Source of the DNA: an uncultured Clostridia bacterium
GTDB lineage: Bacteria > Bacillota > Clostridia > TANB77 > CAG-508
DNA length: 64,000 bases
Reading direction: 5' to 3'
Assembly (NCBI GenBank): GCA_934167685.1
Contig: CAKPLQ010000003.1
Coordinates: forward strand, 569 to 64,568
The notes beneath the pieces were generated by a model. The model did not search any database, was not told where the DNA came from, and worked only from the letters and a program-made list of their open reading frames with translations. Each line of letters begins with the position of its first letter. The first letter of the stretch is position 1. Shown here one piece after another: positions 27,823 to 36,669 of the stretch. The position numbers and the translations under genes are program-made.

Positions 27823-27920
27823 ATCAATTCCTCCTTTTATTTCTATATATAAAAAAATTATATCACTTTTTCTGAAAAAAACTGTCGAAACTTGTCGAAA
27901 AAATATTCTTTTTTTATTTT

Positions 27921-28175
27921 TTAACCTTTAAACAACATTCTTTGTTCTTCTAAAGTTTGTATTTCTTCTTGTGCTTCAAAAAGCTCTTTATAATTATCTC
28001 TAATAAGAATTACTTTTGCATTTTGATTCATGCAATCACCTGCTATCAACTTGTTTGTTGCTGCTTCTTGTAAATCTATTGCATCTATTAAATCATCATT
28101 TTTCTTTGCTAAATTAGCCTGACAATATTTTTTTATTTCAGAATATCTACAATTCCAGAACTCATGTGGTTTCAT
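27921..28175 (-). CDS. Tail assembly chaperone, T-like segment (probably made as a G-T fusion)
   Basis: This reading frame stays open upstream of the listed Met all the way into the 3' end of the 28259-28699 gene, in the -1 frame relative to it. The position (between major tail and tape measure) is canonical for gpG/gpGT. Confidence 0.55.
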   Translation of the reverse strand: MKPHEFWNCRYSEIKKYCQANLAKKNDDLIDAIDLQEAATNKLIAGDCMNQNAKVILIRDNYKELFEAQEEIQTLEEQRMLFKG

Positions 28176-28258
28176 TCCACAATAATATGCAAATATTTCT
28201 AATGCGTCTATTAGTTCAACTATATTTCTTGAATTTTTTATTTTTATATTTATGTCTC

Positions 28259-28699
28259 TTAAATTTCTGACATAATTTGTTCCGTCATTTTGTTTACAGC
28301 TATTTCTGTTGATTTTCGAATTAACTCGTTCATATTCATTGTTGACAATGGATTTGATGTCAATTCTTTTAGTTCTTTCTTTGACATCTTCTTTTTGAAA
28401 AAACCCTCTTCATTTAATGCCTCTGCCACTTTTCCATATAAATCATTAATTGTTATTCCTTCTAGCCTACATTCATCCATAAAATCATATACTTCATTAG
28501 AAGTTTTGAATGTGCTTTCTCCATCTTCGTTTTCTGCTAGTTTAAATATTATTTTTGACAATGCTTCAGCATCTAATTCTGAGTATGCTTCAACAAATAC
28601 TTTTTCAAAGTTTTTATTTTTTAGTAGATTAGCTATGTCTACTATTTTTCTTGTTTTTAGTACTAAATTAATTGTTTTATTTTTTGTTTCTATTATCAT
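28259..28699 (-). CDS. Tail assembly chaperone (gpG-like)
   Basis: 146 aa, acidic, directly downstream of the major tail protein gene. Confidence 0.65.
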   Translation of the reverse strand: MIIETKNKTINLVLKTRKIVDIANLLKNKNFEKVFVEAYSELDAEALSKIIFKLAENEDGESTFKTSNEVYDFMDECRLEGITINDLYGKVAEALNEEGFFKKKMSKKELKELTSNPLSTMNMNELIRKSTEIAVNKMTEQIMSEI

Positions 28700-28747
28700 T
28701 TATTTTCTCTCCTTTGCAAAAGAGAGAAGGCTAAGCCTCCTCTTTAA

Positions 28748-29233
28748 TTAAAATTTTGTTGAATCTCCTTCAACTGGATATCCATCTGTTTCTACTACAT
28801 TTGACTCTTTGTATACTCTCATTGTATCTTTTATGAAGTCTCCATCATTCATTTCTTGTCCTGCTATATCAACAGTACATTTAACTGATTGAACTAATGG
28901 TTTATTAACAACTGATGCTGTTGTTTCTGGATATTCCAAAAATAAGAATATAGTTGTATCTGCATCTGCTATTGCTTTAATTGATTTATGTGTTTCTTGA
29001 ATAAACATCATTTCAATATCTACTGTCTCTGCTTTTCTTTTTCCTTTTGCCATTCTTTCTTCTTCTAAATCTAGAGCACTATATGTTTGTCCTTCTTTTA
29101 AAGTTTTTAATTGACCTACTTTTTGAACATAACCTATACTTGTTCTGTCTCCTGTTAATGTTGTTGAATAGCTTACTTTTGCTTTCATTGCCACTTGTGG
29201 TGTTGTTGTTTTTTCTGTTTGTCCCTCTGCCAT
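28748..29233 (-). CDS. Major tail protein
   Basis: 161 aa. Called on position and size. No sheath gene is present, so the tail is a non-contractile siphovirus type. Confidence 0.7.
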   Translation of the reverse strand: MAEGQTEKTTTPQVAMKAKVSYSTTLTGDRTSIGYVQKVGQLKTLKEGQTYSALDLEEERMAKGKRKAETVDIEMMFIQETHKSIKAIADADTTIFLFLEYPETTASVVNKPLVQSVKCTVDIAGQEMNDGDFIKDTMRVYKESNVVETDGYPVEGDSTKF

Positions 29234-29249
29234 TTTAAATTCCTCCTTA

Positions 29250-29642
29250 TTATCTTATAAAATTAAAAGAGGCTGTTATTGAATTGTAACTAACCTCAAA
29301 TGTTATTGTTATACCGTATTTTTGCAATATAGAATCGTATACTGCTGGACTGGTATTAGTCCTTATGAAATTATATTCTTGAAGTTTTGTATCAACTTCA
29401 TCTGTCATTTGCATAGCTTGACGTTGCTTTTCATTCCAACAAGTTATTGATATCTGAAATGTAGAACGAATCGGAAATGCATTTTCTGTTTTATTTACAG
29501 ACTTTAAAGGTGTATGTAATTCTAAGCAAGGAAATTTACTTGTTGTTGTTGGATTTGTTAATATTTGTTTATATTTTAATGGTTCTAGTTTTTCATAAAC
29601 TAAATCACTAAAATCTTTTATACTTAAGTCTTTCATTTGCAT
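29250..29642 (-). CDS. Tail completion / tail terminator-like protein
   Basis: 130 aa, between the gp10-like gene and the major tail gene. Confidence 0.5.
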   Translation of the reverse strand: MQMKDLSIKDFSDLVYEKLEPLKYKQILTNPTTTSKFPCLELHTPLKSVNKTENAFPIRSTFQISITCWNEKQRQAMQMTDEVDTKLQEYNFIRTNTSPAVYDSILQKYGITITFEVSYNSITASFNFIR

Positions 29643-30176
29643 ACCTCCTTCAACATTTCATCTAATTTCTTTTTTGCTATTTCTGCATTCTCATTTCTAC
29701 TTTTAAATGCCCCGTCACTCATAAAGTGATTTGCTTTTGCTCCGAACTGCTACATAGAATTGATTTCCACTTATTGTTACAATAGGATAATTCAATGTTC
29801 TACTTACTTTGTTCACAGGTATATACCACTCTGTATAGCCTGATTCAATAAAGTGCTTTGTTTTTCCTATATGTTCTTGCTCTGCAAATTGTCCTGTGCC
29901 AAAATACTCAAACCACAAATAAGATTGTCCGTTTTCAGTCATAAATTTAACAGGGTCACAATAAACCCTACCTTTAACTGTTTTATTTGACATATCAATC
30001 ATTTCAACTAGTATACCATCTTCATTATGACCTCTTTCCAACCTTATTGCATAACCTCTAATGTTATTTAAAATATCTTCTGTTATTTCTTTTGCCATTT
30101 GAGGTAATTTTTGAGTTATAGCACTTATATTTTTGAAATTATGTTTTACTTTTATATTACAACTGAAATTTATCAT
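29633..30176 (-). pseudogene. HK97 gp10-family head-tail protein, probable 1-nt frame disruption near the 3' end
   Basis: The track ORF 29715-30176 ends ...FYVAVRSKSKSLYE. The +1 frame then stays open for 38 codons (FGAKANHFMSDGAFKSRNENAEIAKKKLDEMLKEVCK). It stops at 29633-29635 in an ATGA-type overlap with the next gene's start. The span is 544 nt (3n+1), and an A4 run (GCAAAAGC) is a likely indel site. Confidence 0.5.
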
Positions 30177-30502
30177 TCTTGCACCTTCTCACATATATAT
30201 AAATAAGTACTTCCGATTTTATTCTTATCAGTTACTTTATATTGAGGCTTAAACTCCTCTAATTTTGAGATATCTTCAAATGATATTCCATTGCCTTTTT
30301 GTATATCATATTCCCTTGTTGTTCTTCCTTTATAAGTACTATAATCAACTTCACCAGTAGATTTTCTATCTAACTCATTGACATCTTGTTGCATATTTAA
30401 CCAAGCTTGTCCTTTATATTTCCATACTTTTTCTGGTTCTCCATGGTCTTCTATCTCTTCATACTCTGATATATATACTTTTGTTAAATCTCGTAATAAC
30501 AT
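30173..30502 (-). CDS. Head closure / head-tail adaptor protein
   Basis: 109 aa. Canonical position, with 4-nt overlaps to its neighbours. Confidence 0.55.
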   Translation of the reverse strand: MLLRDLTKVYISEYEEIEDHGEPEKVWKYKGQAWLNMQQDVNELDRKSTGEVDYSTYKGRTTREYDIQKGNGISFEDISKLEEFKPQYKVTDKNKIGSTYLYICEKVQE

Positions 30503-30789
30503 TAAGGTAACCTCCTTATTGTTGATACATCAATCCTTAATTTCTTTTCTATATCATTAAATGAACTTGAAATAGAACCTTCATTTCGACTTAATAACCC
30601 TTCTGAACCTCTGCATAAATATTCAGCTATAACAGCTTTTTTTATGTATGGAAATAACTTTTCATCTTCTTCATTTCGATTAGAAGCATCACAGGCAATA
30701 GAAGTCATATCGTCTATGATGTCTCTTATTATACTTTCTGTACCTTCAATATAATTTGCTCCTAATCTTCGTTTTATCTTTTCAAACAT
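30502..30789 (-). CDS. gp6-like head-tail connector protein
   Basis: 95 aa, following the capsid gene. Helical, with the pattern IIRDIIDDMTSIA...YIKKAVIAEYL. Confidence 0.55.
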   Translation of the reverse strand: MFEKIKRRLGANYIEGTESIIRDIIDDMTSIACDASNRNEEDEKLFPYIKKAVIAEYLCRGSEGLLSRNEGSISSSFNDIEKKLRIDVSTIRRLP

Positions 30790-30804
30790 CTATTGCCTCT
30801 CTTT

Positions 30805-31986
30805 CTATCCTTTTGAGATTATTCTTGCTATAGCAATTTCTTTGTGGTTATATGTATTTCCATCAGAACCCACTACTAAATCCCAGTTTGCTCCATCTGC
30901 TAATTCTTCATCAGTTGGAGAATCTGTTGCTTGATTTTTCATTAAGTAACTAACACCATGAGGAGCCATTACTTTTCTTTGTCTTTCATATAAGTAATCT
31001 CTATCATTCTCAGCATCTCTATCCATTTCGTGAGGTACTTTTGCTCCTAAATCTTCATAATCAAATGCTCCTTTACCGAAAACATAAGTAACATATTTAG
31101 AATCTCCATATCCTGTAACTTCATAATAGTTCGAAATACTTCCAACAGCAGGACTTTCAACTGCTGTATAAGTTGTCCCAGATTTTGTATAATATGTTTT
31201 TCCTTCTATCAAAGATGTATCAGAAGTCTTTGCATATGTTGGGTCTCCCTCTTCTTCTGTTATTTCGTCATATTCAATTAATAGTTTTCCATTCCATGTA
31301 TAAACATTTAATTCTCTTTCGATTCCATTTGGGTCATTGTATCTTAAGTTTGTTACTAATTTCTTACCTTCCAGATTTGTTACTATTACTGAATTTGCTA
31401 CTGCTAATTTAAAATTTCTTCTTCTATCTCCACATGCTTTTTGTAATGCTGTATTTAATGTTGTTTCAGCTACTGATGACTCTGTTTCTCCTGATATATC
31501 ATATGTGTGTTTTGAAGCAAAAACTTTTCCTGCGTCTGATTTCATTGAGAATAATGCTTTAGTTATAATTAATAATATATCTTCCCAAGCGCTATCCCAG
31601 TAATCTCCTAATTGGTCTGCTACTTGGCTCATAAAATCTTTTTTAGATGTTACATCATATGTAAAATCATCCTCATAGAATTTATCTTTTCTGCCAATTA
31701 CAACAACACCTTGTTTGTATGTTGGTAATGTTTTTCCTTCATCATATTTTGTTTTTCCATCATAATTTACTGGTTTTCCTTTTAATCTTCCTATCATTGG
31801 AATTATTCCATATTCAGCACCAGTTTGTGATGCAAACATTTCTCTTATTCTACTATTTCCTTGTAATACTCCTGATTTTATTAATAAATTTAATCTTTCT
31901 TGTGGAATTGTGTCATAATAAGCACCAAATGCTCTTTCATTAAAATATTTTTTGTTAAATGTTCCTGTACTTGTGTAATCTGCCAT
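30805..31986 (-). CDS. Major capsid protein
   Basis: 393 aa, directly after the scaffold gene. Strong RBS context. Confidence 0.8.
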   Translation of the reverse strand: MADYTSTGTFNKKYFNERAFGAYYDTIPQERLNLLIKSGVLQGNSRIREMFASQTGAEYGIIPMIGRLKGKPVNYDGKTKYDEGKTLPTYKQGVVVIGRKDKFYEDDFTYDVTSKKDFMSQVADQLGDYWDSAWEDILLIITKALFSMKSDAGKVFASKHTYDISGETESSVAETTLNTALQKACGDRRRNFKLAVANSVIVTNLEGKKLVTNLRYNDPNGIERELNVYTWNGKLLIEYDEITEEEGDPTYAKTSDTSLIEGKTYYTKSGTTYTAVESPAVGSISNYYEVTGYGDSKYVTYVFGKGAFDYEDLGAKVPHEMDRDAENDRDYLYERQRKVMAPHGVSYLMKNQATDSPTDEELADGANWDLVVGSDGNTYNHKEIAIARIISKG

Positions 31987-32003
31987 TTTTATACCTTCTT
32001 TCT

Positions 32004-32573
32004 TTAATTTTTATATTTTGATAATTTACAAAGTTCTTCATAAGTCATTTGACTTTCTGGTTTAGAACCTTCAATTGCATCTCCTGTTTTTGGAGCTGGT
32101 TCTTTAGAATACTCATTTATTGCCTTTTCTCTTTCATTTTTTACAGCCTTTTCTAATGTTTCTAGTTTGCTTTTTATCGTTTCTGCCGTTTCATATTCAA
32201 AGTTAAAAGTTATAAAATCTAATGGTATTCCTTTTGCTGTTGCTTGCTTAATAGTTTCAGATTTTAATTCATTTATTGAATTTTGTTTTTCTGCTTTCTC
32301 TGCCCTAGTTTTCCATTGTTCTAGTTCATAGTTTTTCTTTTCATCTGCATCCATCTTTGCAAGTTTTTCAGCCTCTTCTAATTTGTTTTTTTGTTCTTCT
32401 TCCCATTTTTTTCTTTCATTATCTAGTCTTGTATTCATAGCTTGTGCAACTTTTTTGTCATACTCACTTTGATATTTTTTATTACTAGCTAATAATTCAT
32501 CTAATGAGATTTCTTTTTCAGGTTCTGTTTCAGGTGTAATTTCTGCCCCAGTTCCTTTCTTTTCTTCTTCCAT
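32004..32573 (-). CDS. Scaffolding protein
   Basis: 189 aa, highly charged E/K coiled coil. Lies upstream of the capsid gene. Confidence 0.75.
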   Translation of the reverse strand: MEEEKKGTGAEITPETEPEKEISLDELLASNKKYQSEYDKKVAQAMNTRLDNERKKWEEEQKNKLEEAEKLAKMDADEKKNYELEQWKTRAEKAEKQNSINELKSETIKQATAKGIPLDFITFNFEYETAETIKSKLETLEKAVKNEREKAINEYSKEPAPKTGDAIEGSKPESQMTYEELCKLSKYKN

Positions 32574-32593
32574 TTTTTACTCCTTGTCTCGAT

Positions 32594-32645
32594 TTGTTCT
32601 TTATAGCCCAAATCGTTACTTAAAATTCTGTTGTTCTTTATAGCC
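32594..32645. repeat. Two 15-bp direct repeats upstream of the scaffold gene
   Basis: TTGTTCTTTATAGCC at 32594-32608 and at 32631-32645, 37 bp start to start. Confidence 0.8.
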
Positions 32646-32663
32646 TGCATCCAGTAAAAAGGC

Positions 32664-32694
32664 ATAAAAATAAGAGCTAGTCGACTTAGCTCTT
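32664..32694 (-). terminator. Hairpin plus U-run
   Basis: AAGAGCTA (32672-32679) pairs with TAGCTCTT (32687-32694). On the minus strand it is followed by ATTTTTAT. Confidence 0.55.
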
Positions 32695-32721
32695 GATTTA
32701 TAATTATAAAATGTTATTAAC

Positions 32722-32952
32722 TTATTTATTAATTGAACTCTCCATTGTATCTTTCAATACATTATCTGGCGTATCAATTTCATTTGCTGTTTTTGTTATT
32801 TCATCTTCTATTATTGAACAAAGCAAACTTATAAATGGTCTAAATATTGTAATTACAGTAAATATAATCCAATACCAAGTTGGCATTTGTAATTTAATAC
32901 TTAATATTAAGACTAATAGCCACATGTTATTCATCATCCTCCTCTTCTTCAT
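32722..32952 (-). CDS. Small two-TM membrane protein
   Basis: Contains MWLLVLILSIKL and TWYWIIFTVITIFRPFISLL. There are several candidate ATGs right after a GAGGAGG, so the start is uncertain. Confidence 0.5.
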   Translation of the reverse strand: MKKRRMMNNMWLLVLILSIKLQMPTWYWIIFTVITIFRPFISLLCSIIEDEITKTANEIDTPDNVLKDTMESSINK

Positions 32953-33142
32953 ACATTGCCATATATTTTTTGTTTATATCAAAACTAGTTATTTCATATG
33001 GTGTCAAGCTCGCATTAATTTCAATATTAGTAACAAATTTCAAGTCATTTGTTATATCATCTGCTCTTTTTATAAGTTCTTGTCCTATTGCTATAATAGC
33101 TTTCTTTGCATTTTCTTTATTGGCTGGTTTTAATTCTTGCAT
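32927..33142 (-). CDS. Small acidic protein (candidate immunity partner of the MuF C-terminal domain)
   Basis: GGTGGAAAT RBS then ATG at 33142 (MQELKPANK...). The C-terminus is MYEEEEDDE. It is the first gene downstream of the MuF gene. Confidence 0.55.
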   Translation of the reverse strand: MQELKPANKENAKKAIIAIGQELIKRADDITNDLKFVTNIEINASLTPYEITSFDINKKYMAMYEEEEDDE

Positions 33143-33364
33143 ATTTCCACCTTCTTTCCATAATAAAAGCACCTACTTTTTAGTAAGTGCTTAAAATATT
33201 GTTTTCTTTAATTTATTTTTTCTCATGCTTTCTTGTTCTTCTTTTATTAATTCCTCATATTCTTTTCGTATGTCATCAGGTGTATTATTTTTTAATTTTG
33301 TTCTATTTCCATTTTCATCTTCTTCATCGGATAACCAATCTAACCATCTAGGATTTAGTATCAT

Positions 33365-34990
33365 CTATATCATTCCTTTCATTACTTTAACAATTTCTTT
33401 ACTAAGTACACTCGCATTATTCTTATTTTTATAGTAGTCTGCAAATGCTTCTCCTATTGTTTCACTGTATTTTGTCATTGCATACTTAGAAATATTGCTT
33501 CTTAATAAGTTTTGTGACATTTTATCACTAATTCCTAAATTATTAAATGCTTTGGCTACAATTTCTTTTGTTGTTATATCATTATTCCAGTCTTTAATTA
33601 TTAGATTTTTATCAGCGTATCTGTTTTTTATTATTTCATATGTAACACAATGACCTAATTCGTGATTTCCTAAGTCTTCATATGTTGTATTTTTAGGATG
33701 GAAACCATTCCTTACATCTTTTTGATATTGTTTTCTTACTGTGTTTATATCTCCATAAAATTTCTTGTTAATCTCCATAATATATTTATTATCTTCTATA
33801 TCTGGTGTAATATTTAATCCTCCATTTGGATGTTCTATTACACTGATTTCTTTTAGCTTGTTTCTTATCTGTGGAAATTCTTTATAAACTTTATTCATAT
33901 TATTTAATGTGTCAAGTAATGCTTTTTTGTCTAATCCTTTTAATTTAGCTTTTTGAACATTATATTTATTCTTTACCGTCTTTTCTAAAGCACTGTCAAA
34001 AATACCATATTTCTTTTCTAATTCATAATATGGCAAATACATAATATAACTCCTGCAATAATGAAAGTGATGTTGTATTGGCGGAAGATTTAAACCTAGT
34101 ACCAATCCATTACATCTAATTCTTTGTATTGTTAGCTCTTTTTGTGTTTCTCCATAATATCTATCAAATACATTTTCTTTATTAATATAAAATTCTTGAT
34201 TATTTAAGCTATCACACATTAATGTTGTTTTATCATCTTCTACTGCTATAAATTTTACTTTTGCATTATTTCCTGCAATTGACTTTATTCCTTCGACTAT
34301 GACTAAATTATTTAGTCCTATCATTTGCAAATCTGCTGCACCTGATATTTTATCATTATTTATATTAAGCTTTTGATTATTTTGTCGATTTATTATTGAC
34401 TGAAACTCACTAGAATCAATTTTGAGGTCTTTTTGTTGTTGTATATTTAAAATTACTTGTTTATATATTTGCTGAGCATTATATTGGATTGTCGCTTCAA
34501 TATATTGTTTCCAGTTAAATCCGCTATAATTAGGTTGGTCTAATAACGCAAGAAATATAGCCATCGGAATTATTGATGACTTTTTCTTTTTATTTACTTC
34601 TTGTTGGCCTTGTTCATAGTAATAATTAGCATCTTCATACATTATCTGTTTTTCTTGTTCTTCAAGTTTGTTTTGTTCTTCTATATATGCACTATAAATA
34701 AGCAATTCTAGTATTTCACTATTCTTTACTCTTGTTCTTTTATAAATATTATTTGCTAATACAGTAAAGTAGTTATTATTCTTTAATAATCCTTGCTCTT
34801 TCCAAGACTCTATATATGTATTTATTCTTTTCTTAGTTTTGTTTTCAGCTATGTTGTATATGTTATCTGATGTAAAGTTAAATGTATCAAATAACTCCTG
34901 TAAACGGTTTTGAGTTCTTTTTGATGTTTTATTATATAGTTGTTTTAATTGTTTCATATAAGTGTCATGTACTTCCCACATATAAAACAC
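33365..34990 (-). CDS. MuF/SPP1 gp7-family head morphogenesis protein with a C-terminal HExxH metallopeptidase-like domain
   Basis: 541 aa. MuF motifs are KFIAVEDDKTTLMCDSLNNQEF and LPPIQHHFHYCRSYI. The C-terminal ~200 aa carry NHELGHCV and, ~55 aa later, YSETIGEAFADYY. This HExxH...ExxxEAF arrangement resembles the anthrax lethal factor-type (ATLF) domain. Confidence 0.8.
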   Translation of the reverse strand: MFYMWEVHDTYMKQLKQLYNKTSKRTQNRLQELFDTFNFTSDNIYNIAENKTKKRINTYIESWKEQGLLKNNNYFTVLANNIYKRTRVKNSEILELLIYSAYIEEQNKLEEQEKQIMYEDANYYYEQGQQEVNKKKKSSIIPMAIFLALLDQPNYSGFNWKQYIEATIQYNAQQIYKQVILNIQQQKDLKIDSSEFQSIINRQNNQKLNINNDKISGAADLQMIGLNNLVIVEGIKSIAGNNAKVKFIAVEDDKTTLMCDSLNNQEFYINKENVFDRYYGETQKELTIQRIRCNGLVLGLNLPPIQHHFHYCRSYIMYLPYYELEKKYGIFDSALEKTVKNKYNVQKAKLKGLDKKALLDTLNNMNKVYKEFPQIRNKLKEISVIEHPNGGLNITPDIEDNKYIMEINKKFYGDINTVRKQYQKDVRNGFHPKNTTYEDLGNHELGHCVTYEIIKNRYADKNLIIKDWNNDITTKEIVAKAFNNLGISDKMSQNLLRSNISKYAMTKYSETIGEAFADYYKNKNNASVLSKEIVKVMKGMI

Positions 34991-34994
34991 CTCT

Positions 34995-36644
34995 CTATTC
35001 TTTGTTTATTTGTTTATTGACGACTTTGACTTGCTCTTTTTTGTTATCTGCTGTTAATTTTTGTGCTTTCTGTTGCTCTGTCAAATCTGGCACCTTGTCA
35101 TCTTTTTTACTTTCTTCTTGATTGTTTTGGTCTACTCCTGCTTGTCCCATCATTTGCATTTGTTCTAAATTTTTCTGAATATTCTCTTCGTTTTGTAAAT
35201 CCATTTTAGCTAATTCGCTTGTTGCATCTAAATCAAGATTCAATAGATTTATAACTGTTTCATCTGGCAATAATCCTCTCACTTTTAATGCGTTTGTAAT
35301 ATCTGTTGCTTTATCTGATGGTAAATTCCTATTTAGTTTTACTTCAATATCTCTAAAATCATATGTCTTGCCTTTTTCTTTATTGAACTTTTCTAATATA
35401 ATTCTCCATCTTCTTGTTAAGCCTTCAAGGAAGTCGCCTTCAAACGTTGCTATGTACTGTTGTAAACTAAAAAATTTCTTTTCAAGTGCTGCATTGTTAT
35501 CAGCTTGTGTAAATCCTAAATCAGTCATATTAGGGCAGAATGAGCATAAACAAATAATATCCATCAATGTCTTTTTATGATTTTGTAATGCTGTATCATT
35601 TACATTTTTTTCAACCCACCACAAATTGCTATCAACTTCTCTACTTCCATCTAAGTATCTTACTCTACTTGTTAATACATATTCATCTTCTTTTTGTCTT
35701 GCAGGATTTATTACATCTTCGCCTTTTTCATTTTGCATAATCATTGGATTTTCTGGTGTATATCCTTTTACTGCTAATATTGCTTCATCGTTATACTTAA
35801 ATACATTTCTTGAATTTTGAATGCATCTTTCATATGCTCTTATTAAACTAATCACAGGTTCAAATATAGCCATTCCATCACAATTTTCTATTGCTGTTGC
35901 TGGTATATCATCATCCCATTTTTTAGGTTGTTTTTCTTTTTGGTTTTCTTTGAATAATGGCTCATCACCATATTGTTGTTCATATGTTGGTGTACCAAAT
36001 ATTTTTCTTTTTTCAGGTGTATCATAATAATATCTTTTTCCATCTGCTGTAGTTAATTCAATCATTTGCTGATATTCGCCATTTGCCATGTATGTACGAA
36101 TTATTCTATACAAACCTATTAAATTTTTAGGAATTGAATAATCCCATATAGCAACTGTTTCTAGAGCATCACTTCTTGCTATTGTTATTTCTCCTGTCTT
36201 TTCATCTTTATAATATATTTCATAACATGCTCTTTTTACTAGATAATCCAATACCATATGTAAAAAATGTGAACCATCATTGTTATAGTCAACTATATGT
36301 TTTATTAATTCTTCTATTTCTTTTATTTCTTGTTCATCATTAGTCTCGTGATTAAATAGTTCTCTTATTATTTTATCTTTATCTTCATTAAATGCTTTTA
36401 CCTTATAAGTTGGTGCTTTTCCACCAAAATAACCCGCAGACATAATTGATATATATCTTTCAAGTGGTACTTTTATATCTTCATCATCCAAGCTTGCTAA
36501 TTCTTCATCAGTTAATTTTCTTCTGAACTTTTCATACAACTCTTTTCTTACATCTAATTCTTCTTGTGCTTTAAAATATATATCTGTTATACTTCTTTCT
36601 TCTGCTAATCTTTCCTTGCTATATCTTAACATTGTTTCCTCCAA
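34995..36644 (-). CDS. Portal protein (SPP1 gp6-like)
   Basis: 549 aa, between terL and MuF. Acidic/charged C-terminal tail. Confidence 0.85.
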   Translation of the reverse strand: MEETMLRYSKERLAEERSITDIYFKAQEELDVRKELYEKFRRKLTDEELASLDDEDIKVPLERYISIMSAGYFGGKAPTYKVKAFNEDKDKIIRELFNHETNDEQEIKEIEELIKHIVDYNNDGSHFLHMVLDYLVKRACYEIYYKDEKTGEITIARSDALETVAIWDYSIPKNLIGLYRIIRTYMANGEYQQMIELTTADGKRYYYDTPEKRKIFGTPTYEQQYGDEPLFKENQKEKQPKKWDDDIPATAIENCDGMAIFEPVISLIRAYERCIQNSRNVFKYNDEAILAVKGYTPENPMIMQNEKGEDVINPARQKEDEYVLTSRVRYLDGSREVDSNLWWVEKNVNDTALQNHKKTLMDIICLCSFCPNMTDLGFTQADNNAALEKKFFSLQQYIATFEGDFLEGLTRRWRIILEKFNKEKGKTYDFRDIEVKLNRNLPSDKATDITNALKVRGLLPDETVINLLNLDLDATSELAKMDLQNEENIQKNLEQMQMMGQAGVDQNNQEESKKDDKVPDLTEQQKAQKLTADNKKEQVKVVNKQINKE

Positions 36645-36669
36645 TCAAAAAACACCTACTGAGTAGATG

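Noticed and set aside
28259-28270. A-AAT-TTA as the slippery heptamer for G/GT frameshifting
   Set aside because: The heptamer is not in the register required for tandem tRNA slippage relative to the G frame (GAA ATT TAA). The site remains unidentified.
32693-33434. Plus-strand ORFs 32693-33133, 32970-33194 and 33225-33434
   Set aside because: They are antisense shadows of the minus-strand small genes and the MuF 3' end, and have no translation signals.
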